From: Octopus sinensis
Lineage: Eukaryota
Direction: 5' to 3'
Length of the DNA stretch: 64,000 bases
Assembly: GCF_006345805.1 (NCBI RefSeq)
Contig: NC_042997.1
Coordinates: 126,108,001-126,172,000, forward strand
Below, piece by piece: positions 39,950 to 52,864 of the stretch. Position 1 is the stretch's first letter. Each line of letters opens with the position of its first letter. A program made the translations under genes and the position numbers. The notes under the pieces are model-generated. The model searched no databases and had not been told where the DNA came from. It saw nothing but the letters and a program-made list of their open reading frames with translations.

Positions 39950-41500
39950 ACCCTGTAAACTTTCATTTAGATCTACTCATTAATTGATTATAATCATATG
40001 TATATGAACATTTTGTGCAATATAATTACTATTGCTGTGTCTGATGTTATTATTGTTGTTGTTATTCTTCTTCTTCTTCTTATTATTATTAGTGTTTATA
40101 TAACTGTTATTATTTTTTCTATTTAAGTAAAAAGTGTCAAGTTTTTTTTTATTATTCATGGGGGAGATGATAGTATCCAGGTTATGTGTCAGGCTATAAC
40201 CTATTCTTATTGCTTTACTATTAATGATTTCCCAGTATTTCTTTTTTCCTTTTATAAAGTATTTGCTAATTAGTTTAAAGATTGTTTTTACTAAGTTATT
40301 TTTGATTTGCATAGCATATGGTAATATTAACCAGACAGTATCATTTCCTTTGTTCACATGATTAGGATTATTGTTCTTTGGTCTATTGCTATTATTTGGG
40401 CAATAATTTTTATTATTAATAATACTGACATTATACCTATCATTAGCATTATTATTGTTATCACTATTAATGGAGCTGATGATGAATACCTGTTTGGGAT
40501 TTCTTATATCCTTCTTATATCTGTGTGCATTTCTAGAATTCATAAATTTATTTTTAATTCCATTATTATTTTTATCATTGTTCATATCATGGGTATTCAT
40601 ATTTTTTCCATTATTACGGAGAAAGTTTTTAATTTCATCCTTATGACCTGCATTATACTTATCCTTGTGTTTATTAAATATCACTTCATTTGAGGTAAGT
40701 TTTGAGATTCTTTTGCTTATATTTCTTAAAAGGTTTTTTTTTCTTGATTGGGGATGGTTACTGAAATTATTTATATATCTTAAATTAGAGTTCTGTTTCA
40801 TATACAGTTCATGTAGTCCAGTGTTTAAATTACAGTTTGCATCTAAATAGCTAATGGAGTAATTTTCATTTTCTATAGTTATAGAGAGACCAAATCTACT
40901 GAGAAACTTATGTAGGCATTTCTTTAATAATTTTAGGCCTATTAGAGCCATTTCTAACTATAAAGAGCGCTTCATTTCTATACAGACCTCCTCTTGATTC
41001 TGGGAATTCTCTGTTTATTTTCTCTAAAAGGTAGAGTTCTACAAAGTTCATCACTTCTGGCAAGTCTGGTGAGCCCATTGTGATATCAAAGAGATTAGGT
41101 GTATCATTTTTTGCTGTTTTTTAGGCCATGTGTGCAACATTAATTTACCTTATACTTAAATTAGTGAAAATAAGAGACTGTGGGGTTAATTGAAGAGAAA
41201 GGATTTTGTATGTCTATTTTCAAAAATTTCTGATTATTCTTATTTTGTATGTTGGAGAACCAGTCTAATGCACTGTAGGTGTTACTCCATAGTTCAAGCT
41301 TGATTTTGCTTTTTAGTGTTGGGAGATATTTATCCAAAATTACCTTACTTAGTTTACTACCTAAATATCTGATTTGTTAGGGCATATTAATCTAACTTGT
41401 GTTTTATTTATGAAGTTATCCTTATGGTCCTTAATTGTAATATGGGGTCTGATTGATGTGAATGGTTCTGTCTTTCTTTACCATAAAATGTAATCCTATG
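39950..41500 (-). pseudogene. Degraded Penelope-like element reverse transcriptase
   Basis: Fragments ITIKDHKDNF..., LDWFSNIQNK...FLKIDI, LFDITMGS, GLYRNE (degenerate YRDD), RYINNFSNHP...KRISKL, IRIGYS; multiple stops and frameshifts. Confidence 0.82.
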
Positions 41501-44500
41501 GCTTATGTATATCACCTTGGAATTGACATTTTTACCATTCCTTACTATTTTTATTATGTTATTTTATTTTATTATTTTACCTTACTTCCTCACATGTTAG
41601 AGTCCTAACATTATGATCTCTTTGATGAAACTTTGGGGCTCAATCATTGTCCAATGTTTGTTCAACTTTTGTACAATCCCTGTACATTACTGGTATGATG
41701 TGGAAAACTTGGCAGATTGGACAACCCCATAGTAGAAACAGCTGTAAGAGTTTAGTATTGTTTCACTCATTTCTTCTTATTCATTTATTGATCTAGTTAT
41801 TTACTTGTTTATTTTGATTACTTATACATATGATTGTAATCAATTAATAAATAGATATAAATGAATGTTTACAGGCTGATGTTTGTCGATTGATTATTGT
41901 CTCCATTTTCTTATTTGCCTTATATATATATACATACACACACACATATATTGCAAAGGAACTTTGTCTTGCAAGTTACTTGGTGACCCTGCCGGTGCTG
42001 GTGCCACTTAAAAAGCATCCTGTCCACACTATAAAGTGGTTGGCATTTGGAAGGGCATCCAGCTGTAAAAACCTTGCCAAAACTGACCTCGCCTGTGCTT
42101 GTGCCTAAAAAGCATTCAGTCCACTCTGCTGGGTGGTTGGTGTTAGGAAGGGTGTCCAGCTGTAAAAGCCCCACTAAAATAGATGCAGAAGTCTAGTGCA
42201 GGCTTCTATCAAACCGTCGAACCCATGCAAGCATGGAAGGCAGACACTAAATGATGGAAACATATGAGGGTGGGCATTTGGTTGCAGAATATGTCTCAAC
42301 AAAAATCTTTCTCACCCATGCAAGTATGGAAAAGTGGATAACACACATACATATATATAGGTGAGTAAAAGTGTTTTAAAAAGAGTTCAGTGTAATATGC
42401 AATGATAATAAAATGTCAGAAGGTAGAATTATATATTGTACCTTCATCTTCTTAGCTTTCTATCCTTAATATACAAATATATACATTTAAATAGAGATCA
42501 GTGTAAAGATTACCACCATCGTCATCATCATTTTATGTTGATTTTCCATGCTAGCATGGGTTGTTCTTACCTTAAGAAGCTTAGAACTTACGCATGATCA
42601 AAATAAGTTATTATTTGACATTATTGTTTCTCTGATAGCTTTATGCTATTGTTTGGTAACTTAAATGACCATTTCAGTGTAGAATTCCAAGAATAGATTT
42701 TTTTTGACTTTGCAACTCAATTCCAAAACCCAAAACAGCTTATTGATTTGTGACCAGCAATTATATTTTGTTTCTGAGTTGTAGCAAAAAGGAATTAATA
42801 TGATATTGATTGTGATTCTCATTGGCTTCAGTTACTGGAACCCAATTACTAAAATGTATAATTCTTCAAAATATTACTCCAGAATGTTCTAGGAAGCAAA
42901 GAGAAGAAATCAATGGTGATTAATAAATTGGAAGTTGACCAGACCTACTTTCTTAAACGTCACTAATTTGGCAGCTGGTTGAACAGATGCTGTAGTGCAG
43001 ACATTTATGAAATAGATGGGACTTGTTCAGATCCTAGCATTATTGGCTTTTATCCTAAGAATTGAACTCAGGTTCACCCTCTTAAGTAGTTGTATATTCC
43101 ATAACTCAGTGGGCATTAATAAAAACTTCTCTTACAGACATGGATGTGTGATTTAAGAAGCTCACTTTCGTTTTGGGTTCAGTTCGACTGCATGGTACTT
43201 TGGACAAGTGTCTTCTACTATAACTGCAAACCATATCAGTGAATTTGGTGGACAGAAACTGTGGAAGCCCATTGAATATAAGTGTGTGTGTGCCATCATT
43301 TGACAAGCGGATTTGGTTTGTTAATGTCCATGTAACTTAGAGGTTTGGCAAGAGACCAACAAAATAAATACCAGACTTAATAATATTTTTTTTTTCTACT
43401 TTAGGCACAAGACCTGGAATTTTTGGGGAGGGGGCTAGTTGAGTAGAGTTCAGTGTAGTATGCAACTGGTGCTTAATTTATCAACCCTGAAAGGCAAAGT
43501 CAACCTCAGTGGAATTTGAATTCAGAATGTAAAGACTGACGAAATACCGCTAAGCATTTTGCCCAGTGTGCTAATGTTTCTGACAGCTCCAGACTTAATG
43601 TGTCACTGCCATGAAAAAAGCACCCATGTTGGCACCACGTACACTCTGTAAAGTGGTTGGTTGTAGAAACCACGCCAAAACATAAAGGGCATCCATCTGT
43701 AGAAATCATGCAAAAAAACCTCTGGAGCCTAGATCCACAAAAGTTCTGACATGAATTTAATGTTATTGGTATATTTTATTTAGAGTCTATAAATGAACAA
43801 ATACTATAGGTTCAGGCATAGCTGTGTGGTAAGAAGCTTGCTTACCAACCACATGGTTCTGAGTTCAGTCCCACTGTGTGGCACATTGGGCAAGTGTCGT
43901 CTACTATAGCTTCAGGCCAACCAATACCTTGTGAGTGGATTTGGTTGACAGAAACTGAACTACATTGTTCCAAACAGCTATAGACACTATATCTACAATT
44001 TCTTTTACAAGTTTCATGCTGGGGCACCATTGAAGTGTTTAGTCAAACAAACCAACCTCAGTGGTCATCATTTAATGTCTGTTTTCCATGCTGGCATGGG
44101 TTGGATGGTTTGACAAGGACCTGGCAAAGCGGGAGGGTTGCACTAGGCTCCAGGTTTTTTTTGCATGATTTCTATAAACGATTAAATATTTTACCAAGCC
44201 CTTCTCAAATCTATTAAAAATTAATTGCAACTTAACAGGTAGTTTACTCATTGGAAATATAGAACTGAAAAGGTTAAGGAAGTAAAGTAAATAGGCTATT
44301 GACAAATGTTTTACATATAGGTGCAGGAGTGGCTGTGTGGTAAGTGGTTTGCTTACCAATCACATGGTTCTGGGTTCAGTCCCACTGCGTGACACCTTGG
44401 GCAAGTGTCTTCTACTATAGCTGCAGGTCAACCTCTAAGCCTTAAGTGGATTTATTTGGTAGATGGAAACTGAAGAAAGCCCGTTGTATATGTATATGAT

Positions 44501-44852
44501 TGTGTGTGTTTGCCCCCTCACCATCGTTTGACAACTGATGTTGGTGTGTTGATGTCCCCGTAACTTAGCAGTTCGGCAAAAGAGACTGATAGAATAAGTA
44601 CTGGGCTTACAAAGAATAAGCCCTGAGGTCAATTTGTTCGATGCTCCAGTCAAATGACTGAAAGAAACAAAAAGTAAAATATAAAAATTTAAACTGCCTG
44701 TTTATCCTCTTTTGATGTGAACGTTTGAGATCAACCATTGTTTCTCTTGATCAAAACACCATATTTTAAAATGTTAATATTTAAATTAAAACCTCCAGTA
44801 TATGTAAGAAAATTGTAAGTTCAGTTCTATATTTAAGAGATGAGGAATCATG

Positions 44853-45255
44853 TACATTGTTTACATTTGACGGATTTTTGTCCTTATCTTGTTTGTTGTT
44901 AACACAATGTTTCGGCTGATATACCCTCCAGCCTTCTTCAGGTGTCTTGGGGAAATTTCAAACCTGGGTTCTCATTCCTAAGGTACTTTTCGATGTTATT
45001 ATTATTACTATTGTTATTGTTCAGGTCACTGCTTGGAATCAAACTTGGAATCTTTGGGTTAGTAGCCTGCACTCCTAACCACTATGCCATGTGCAATAAT
45101 AATAATAATAATAACATTGCAAAATACCTTAGGAATGAGAACCCAGGTTCTCATTTCCTAAGACACCTGAAGAAGGCTGGAGGGTATATCAGCCGAAACA
45201 TTGTCTTAACAACAAACAAGATGAGGACAAATATCTGTCGAGTGTAAATAATGTA
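44853..45255. mobile_element. Inverted pair of Penelope-type pseudo-LTR segments, each with a minimal hammerhead motif, flanking a tRNA-like head
   Basis: Arms about 44853-45006 and 45097-45255; CTGAAGA-A-GGCTG..CAGCC-GAAAC in both; spacer on - has TGGCATAGTGG and a degenerate B box. Confidence 0.7.
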
Positions 45256-45638
45256 AAAAATTGTAAGTTGTTTCAAACACCAGATTAACAATGACGAAGT
45301 TAAATCCCATAAAATTCTTGATTATTCTTAAATGTAATCGGTGCATGTATGGCTGTGTGGTTAAGAAGTTTGCTTCCCAGTCACATGGTTTCAGGTTCAG
45401 TCTCACTGTGTGACACCGTAGACAAGCGTCTTCTACTACAGTCTTGGGGCAAGCAAAATCTTGTGAGTGGGTGTGGTTGTAGATGGACACTGAAAGAAGC
45501 CCATAGTGTGTGCATGTACCCTTGCCTTGACATCTTTGAAAAACATGTCTGGTGATGGTGGGATATTACCTTGCTTTGAAATGGATGATGGTTGGTGACA
45601 GGAAGGGCATCCAACCATAGACCCTTGTAAGTATAGTA

Positions 45639-46016
45639 AAACTAGCAGTATCGCCTGGCATTGCTCGGGTTTGTTTTGACCCTTTAGAATTGGAATTTTC
45701 AAAAGTAAAAATTTTGCATTATGTAGCTTGTTATTCTCTTTAAGTGAACATTTTTCTGGTTGAAATACACCAAAAAATGGCGACACAGGAGTAAAAAAAT
45801 AGGGATTTTCATAGAAAAAAGCACCTTTTTGATGTAAATAATTTTTGGTGTTAACATTGTCTGATTTGAATTTTTTCTTCTATGGAAGGAAGAGCAAGCC
45901 TTCTTCTATCATACTCTCAATTTTGGTCAACTTGTACCGCAAGGTCTTGGAGGAGATAGTGTTAGTTGAAGGCTAACTTGCCATACACAGACAACTTCAG
46001 CTTTATATATATAGAT
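45639..46016 (+). mobile_element. Non-autonomous Helentron/HINE (DINE-1-like) element
   Basis: 5' AACTAGCAGTATCGCCTGGCATTGCTCGGG and 3' CAGCTTTATATATATAGAT are end signatures typical of this group. Confidence 0.55.
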
Positions 46017-46244
46017 GAAAGTGAAATGATATGATGATGAATGGTAAGCTGAAATATGGATATGAAAGGGTTATTTGTTGGAACACCTGACTTTCAAGCT
46101 GAATGTTCTTCCTGTTGTTGTCCACTCAACTACCAGATGGTCAGTGGTTCAGGACCCTAAATATACAACCATTGAATCCATTGACATAAGTTGAATAATA
46201 ATGTGATTAATCATTTGCCCTCTCTTTTTCTTCTCTCTTCACAG

Positions 46245-46505
46245 GCAATCGTCATTTTGCTACTTTACTGTGTATCAACAAGCTGCATCTCTCTTGGATA
46301 CCAAGGATATGTCTGTAATCCACGTTTTGCCCAACAATACTGTCTGATGGGCTGCTTGAGCTGTATGGAATACTATGGCGTACAAGTTTATAACCTCGCT
46401 CACTGTTGTTATGACTGCCAGATAACTGGGGCTCGTTTGATTGACAATGGCCCAGATAAATGTTCCATGAAGTACATCAGAGACACTTATCGACTACAGG
46501 AGTGA
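46245..46505 (+). CDS. Terminal exon of a small secreted Cys-rich prepropeptide, eclosion-hormone-like
   Basis: Strong pyrimidine tract ctctttttcttctctcttcacag|; 86 codons + TGA; hydrophobic AIVILLLYCVSTSCIS (signal peptide part), then a mature region with C-x8-C-x3-C-x2-C-x13-CC-x2-C-x14-C; AATAAA at 46761-46766. Start exon not resolved. Confidence 0.72.
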   Translation, partial: AIVILLLYCVSTSCISLGYQGYVCNPRFAQQYCLMGCLSCMEYYGVQVYNLAHCCYDCQITGARLIDNGPDKCSMKYIRDTYRLQE

Positions 46506-47326
46506 TGCTGCTGTTTGACAGTGGAGTACAACAAGAAGGAAATGCTTAACTATATATTTACAGGTTTGACAATGATTCATCATCTTCAAAAATTCAGACG
46601 GAAGGTGTACAGATTATCTCCCAAGTACTTCTTCAAAGGTAGAGTTGATAAAGATTATGACTCTAAGAGTTCGTCAATGGAATAGTACAAGATTCTTGAT
46701 GTGAATCTGTGTACTGAAACAAATTTTGTTGTGTCTTGGGAGGGTCATTATGCCAATAATAATAAACATGCAATGGTTCAATATCACTTCTTTATTGTCA
46801 GCTAATGTGTTAAATATCTAACCATCTAACTAATCAATTGTTTGTTTAGTTAGTTGATTAGATATTTAACAAATTGGTTAAAATAAAGAAGAGGAATTGA
46901 ACCTGTGCATGTGTTATTATTTCAGGGGTAATGCCTCTTCTAAGACACAACAATGGAACATTATTTATAGAAAATATTAATAAACTATTAGATGGCAGAT
47001 TGCACAGAAGTTTATGTGTTTTCTTTGATATTGGCCATGGTTAGTGAAGTTAGTTATACATGAGATGAAGAATATGGAATACAGTTTAGAAGGTTTGGTT
47101 TGCTGTAGTACCATGGACAGAACACTACTAGCAGTGAACAAGCGTAGTGATGTAAATGTAGGTTGTGAGAGTTTATTATAATCACAACACAAGATATAAC
47201 GAGTGGACCTGGGAAGATGACTGGGGATTTTCCCTCCTGAATGTGATGTATAGGGGCAGAGATGAAAGATGTGTTTATGGTTATGAATGATAAGCTACAG
47301 AAAATTGTGAATTGTAACATATACAG

Positions 47327-47810
47327 AAATCAAAATCAAACTTGGTGACTGGCATCCGTTGCTAGTGGAGCACTAAGAGTACCATACGAGTGAGATCGTT
47401 ACCAGAGTAACAAGCTGGCCTTCGTGCTGATGGCATGTTAAAAACACCATTCGAGCGTGATTGTTACCTGCGTCGCCTTACTAGCACTTGTGCTGGTGGC
47501 ATGTGAAAAAAAACATTCAAGCGAGGTTGTTGCCAGTGCTGCTGCACTGGCTCCTGTGTAAGTGGCATGTAAAAAGCACCATTTGAGTGTGGCCGTTGCC
47601 AGTACCACCTAACTGGCCCCTGTGCCGGTGGCATGTAAAAGCACCCACTACACTCTCGGAGTGGTTGGCGTTAGGAAGGGCATCCAGCTTTAGAAACTCT
47701 GCCAGATCAGATTGGAGTCTGGTGCAGCCAGCTGGTTCGCCAGACCTCAGTCAAATCGTCCAACCCATGCTAGCATGGAAAGTGGACATTAAACGATGAT
47801 GATGATGATG
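47327..47810 (+). mobile_element. Retroposon family B (long form)
   Basis: As 10100-10612. Confidence 0.75.
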
Positions 47811-49976
47811 ACAAGTGAAGTAGATCATATAAGCTGGAAGATGTTCAGGAGTGAATAGGAATATAAATTTTCTTGCAGGGAAATATGCAACATTTAGGAC
47901 TTAGTGTTGCTAATCACTACCAAATTATATGATCCCTGAAGGAACCAGAGAAGGTCCTCACTGATAGAAGAAGCAGTGAGAGATATTGATGTTAAATTTG
48001 AAAAAGAGTGGAGTTGGAAAGAGTTGTAGCATCTGTATGATTAAGTGGGGCCTAGATTGGCTGATAGATCCTTGAAGACAAGTTAGGAGGATGATGGCTA
48101 CAGGAGAGATATTTTGGTTCAGCCAACTGGCTTCTGTGCCGGTGGCATGTAGAAGGGCACCATTCGAGCGTGATCGTTACCAACGTTGCCTTACTGGCAC
48201 CTGTGCCGGTGGCATCTGTAAAAAGATTCGAGCAAGGTCATTGCCAGTACCGCCTGACTGGCCCCTGTGCCAGTGGCATGTAAAAAGCACCCACTACACT
48301 CTTGGAGTGGTTGGCGTTAGGAAGGGCATCCGGCTGTAGAAACTCTGCCAGATCAAGATTGGTGCCTGATGCAGCCATCTGGTTCACCAGATATCAGTCA
48401 AAATCGTCCAACCCATGCTAGCATGGAAAGTGGACGTTAAACGATGATGATGATGATGAATGTACTCAAAATACACAACTGATACGAGTAAGGAAGCTTT
48501 AGATCTGAAGTTTACCACATTTTGTTAAAAGTTTTATCAAACGTAACAGCCTCCCTTTCATCCTTCACAAACCTGGCCAACTGTGACTCTGCCTCATCCC
48601 TAATGAGAATTATTTTAACTGTTTCACATTTATTTTAGTATGGTTGGCAGGATTTCCCAGATTATAGTATTTGCTAACTTTTGAAGTAAGATACATCTGA
48701 AGCTTGATGCTCTTTCTGAAACAAGAATAGTACTGAAGTCAACCAGGCAGCCTGAGGCAAACAAAGTTATGCTCTTAGCCTAGCAGAAGAGTTCAATGCA
48801 GTATTTGAAGTAAAATTTCAACACATGTGATTTACAGGAAGATAAGAAAAGAAGATAAGGTGTAGTGGTGATTATCGAATCAGAAATAAAATGTCGATCA
48901 CCAGATGTAATGAAAATGCTTAGATAGTTTACATGAACAACAAAGTTTAGACAAAATCAGTAAAAACAAAACCCTCCTGAATTGTATTCTAGATTGGAAA
49001 AAAAATTTCTTTGATAAAGTTTTACTGTTGAGATGGACAGAGTTATGAAGGAAATTTAGTTGATGTGAACTTGAGTCCAAAAATTCAATCCTGTATTTAC
49101 AAATGCACTCACAAACACACAAGCATTTGAATATTTCAGAAAATTTCAATTTCAGCCATCCTGTGTGTTAGTGTGCCCAGAGGGTGAGCTGAGCAACACA
49201 TAGTTCTCATATTTATATCCCACCCATCGTTGATTTTGAAAATGTCATAACCAACATGTGACAAATTAAGATGCTGCTTGGTGATTGACTTTTTGGGTGG
49301 ATTTCCTTTGTCAACATGGAGATTGGTTTATTCATCTTATGTCTCTGCTTGAAATGATATGAGGCAATGCAATTCCAGTGTCTGCACAGAAGATGCACAA
49401 ATATGCAGATTTAAAGATTAATATTAAATTTATAAAATATATCACCTTGAATTTGTCTGAAACAATTTACAAAAAAAAAAAAATCATGTGTTTCTCTCCT
49501 ACATAAAATGAATGATCCAATTTCCACACACACACCCACACACAACTATTTACACATATACATATACAAATGCAAATAACTTGGCCATCACTTCAAGTAA
49601 AAAACATTAAAATTTTAAAAAATTGAAAGGTAATTGAATTCATCTAATATGATTTGTCCAAATGTCTGCAATGAGTTATAACTATTAATGAACAGAATGA
49701 GATTGTGAATATTTCTTGTGATCAGCTCTAAAGCCGAACACAATGAATCAATGAAAAAAAATCTCATAAACAAAATAAAAATTTAAAAACTGGGAGGGAG
49801 AGAAGAATGGACTTAAAAATATATCAAGATATATGTCACATAAGTAGAGACATGGCATATATCTAGATACAAGAGAATATATCTAGACACATGTGAATGT
49901 ATGGAGAACAAAAGCAGGATGAAAAAAATTAAACTGAATTCATAAAAATCTATAAAAGAATGGAATTATCAAGAGA

Positions 49977-50617
49977 TCATGACTTGTTTCTGGACTTGAT
50001 TTTTTGGAAAACTTGTCTCATTCGGTTGTAGGTACCAGTGGACTGAGGCAGGTTCTCAAATGGTATGTGATCTTGAATACCAACTGAAAAGTTTGTTCTG
50101 TCTGGTAATGTGGGGAATGGACCTTTATTCTGATTCACTGGTGTACCATAATCTTTGCCAAGAGACTGACACATTGACGGAGATGACAACGATGCAAACC
50201 CATCTGAAGCTGCTTGACTGTTACTGCTCTCGTCACTTGATAAAACAATGGAATTAGATTCTGATGCTTTTATCTGACTCTCAGAACTTGGCTGACTGTC
50301 TGAGTCTTCTTCCTGAAGTTGTTTCTGAAGACATCGATACTGTGCTTCAAGATCTTCCAAGGAATCTGAACTGAGAGCAGCATCAGATTTGGGTTTTGGT
50401 AGACAGAGAGGCTTTCTTTTAGAGGTAACCTCTGTAACCGGGCTCTGCCGTGAGGGCTGATTCTTAGGAGAATATTTCGAATCTGAACTGGAGGATGGAG
50501 GTGTGTCAGAAGGAAGTGGTGGTTTCGATGGTGGAGTATCAGATGGTAGAGGTGGTATGAAACAGTTGGTCTCCGTTAAGCGACATGTTCCCAGGTCTTC
50601 ATAGTAAGGGAAACTCT
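49977..50617 (-). CDS. ZCCHC8: ZCCHC8 terminal exon (Pro/Ser-rich region and C-terminal LPDRTNFSVGIQDHIPFENLPQSTGTYNRMRQVFQKIK)
   Basis: ttttcttcctcatgcag| acceptor, phase 1; C-terminal motif matches the conserved MTR4-binding end of ZCCHC8 (PFENLP..TG.Y..MR). Confidence 0.9.
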
Positions 50618-52748
50618 CTGCATGAGGAAGAAAAGAAAAAGAAACAACACCAGTAGAGAAGTTAAAAAGGGAAATAGAACATGTTGAACCTAATTTACAG
50701 AGTAACATTCTTCTCTCTAAATTTAACAGTGATATGAATATCAGAAACTTCTGAGTTCAGTTCCAGACAACGTTCAGTTTCATATCTATCCTTCAGAGGT
50801 CATTAAAATAAGCTATAGTTAAGTATCTGGTCAAATTCCACTCAACAGTCATAAACTTAATAATAATAAGAATATATTTTGCCAGATCTGACTGGACTGG
50901 TGCAGCTTTCGGGCTCCCCAGACCCCAGTTGAACTGTCCAACCCATGCTAGCATGGAAAGCGGACGTTAAATGATGATGATGATGATGATGATGATGAAT
51001 AATAATAATCCCTTCTACTATAGGCACAAGGCCTAAATTCCGTGGGAGAGGACCAGCTAATTAATGCTAGTGATGAATAAATGCCCTGATGCAGTACCAG
51101 GCAGTGGCTCTCATGGCTTCTGATCTAGACTGATCGGAAGTGCTATCATGTACATTGTTTTGTTATAAAAAATGGGCTACAGCAAATATTCTGCTCAATA
51201 CCACAGATTTGTTTGTCAGCTGCTTGACTGTAACCAGTTAAGCATGTCGCTTAGTGGCTGATGATATGTTCGACTCTGATCATGAGCAATAGAGGGGGAG
51301 CATCATAGCCATGTGTTGAGAGGAATTCTTTGGGGTTTGAATATTTCACCACTAGAAACATAGGTGTTTCATTCAACATCCTTAAACGACCCTAATTCAG
51401 GGACCTTTTAAGCAGGATGGGCTTCTTGACTTGAAGAAAATTCTAAATGATGATGGTGATGATAACGTTTGTTTCACTGCAAAACAACAGGTAAAATTTG
51501 TCCCAAGTCTTCAAAGTCATATCACAGCAAGGGCTGGATTGTCATTTAGTGCAAGAAAAGATTATGAGTTTTAAACCAGAGACCTGACACTTTAAAATGC
51601 TTACAAAAGAATGGATGCAGCTAAAAGCATCCAAGTACCTCAGTTCAACACCATTCAGATGGCAGTGTAAAACTGGAAGGCATAAAGTCTATCGCCTAAA
51701 TAGTAGGCCATGGTAGGATTTGAACTCATAAGGCAAAGAGGTGAAACAAATAATACTAGGCATCCTGTCCAATTGTCAATTCATTGCCCAGAGTATTAGA
51801 TGTAGGATTAACAAATCAATTCCACTAAATTCCAGTGATGATAGCAATAGATTATGTGCTAAATTGTGGAGCAGATTTTGAATGTCATTAAGACAATAGG
51901 CATGCTTTGTCTTGTTCCTCCATTTCAATGTCAGTACAGATGAAGTGGATAATTTGTATTTCCAACATCTTTTACACACATGATCCACCAAAGGGTTGTT
52001 CAGCCTGTTATATAAATCTGCCTCATCTGTCTTACAAAAAATGGAAAGACATACTGAATAATGTAGTCAACAGAATATGTCCTCTAAGATAGCAGAAAAG
52101 ATGTACATGATAAAACATCTTCGATCCTAGGTGTATATAAGGTATAAGTCTCTATCTAACCCATGCTAGCAAGGAAAAACAGATGTAAAAAGAGTGTGTG
52201 GTTCACTTCCCAACCACATAGTTCTAGGTTCAGTACCACTGTGTGACACCATAGGCAAGTGTCTTCTATCATAGCCCTGGGCCAACCAAAGTTTGGTGAG
52301 TGGGTTTGGTATATGAAAACTGGAAGCCCGTCATATATATATATATGTACCTGTGTTAGTGTCTCTTTGCCCTGACATCGTGTGATATGAGCAAATATTA
52401 CCTTGCTTGGAAACAGGCTTAGCATCAGGAAGGGTATTTGGTTGTATAAAATCTGCCTTAACAAATTATCTGATCCATGCAAGTACCATAAAATGATGAA
52501 GATGATGATGATGACGATACACGTCATGTTCTCTGCATCCCTCTCTAGCAGAGCATTCCTAATCTTGCAAGCTCATGGGTGCTGGTGCCATGTAAAAAGC
52601 AGCCAGTACACTCTGTAAAGTGGTTGGTGTTAGAAAGGGCATCCAGCCACAGAAACCATGCCAAAAAAGGCATGAAACCTGGCTAGCCCCTGCCAAACCA
52701 TCCAACCCATGCCAGCATGAGAAACAGATGATGATGATATATACACGC

Positions 52749-52784
<36 letters not shown>

Positions 52785-52787
52785 CAT

Positions 52788-52791
<4 letters not shown>

Positions 52792-52845
<54 letters not shown>
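52792..52845. repeat. (GA)n microsatellite about 20 nt inside the intron from the ZCCHC8 donor at 52864
   Basis: Seen directly. Confidence 0.95.
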
Positions 52846-52848
<3 letters not shown>

Positions 52849-52864
52849 TGAAGTAGAAAACTAC

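Noticed and set aside
39980-40951. 323-aa ORF as a host gene
   Set aside because: Part of a degraded Penelope RT with Asn-rich microsatellite expansions and flanking frameshifts
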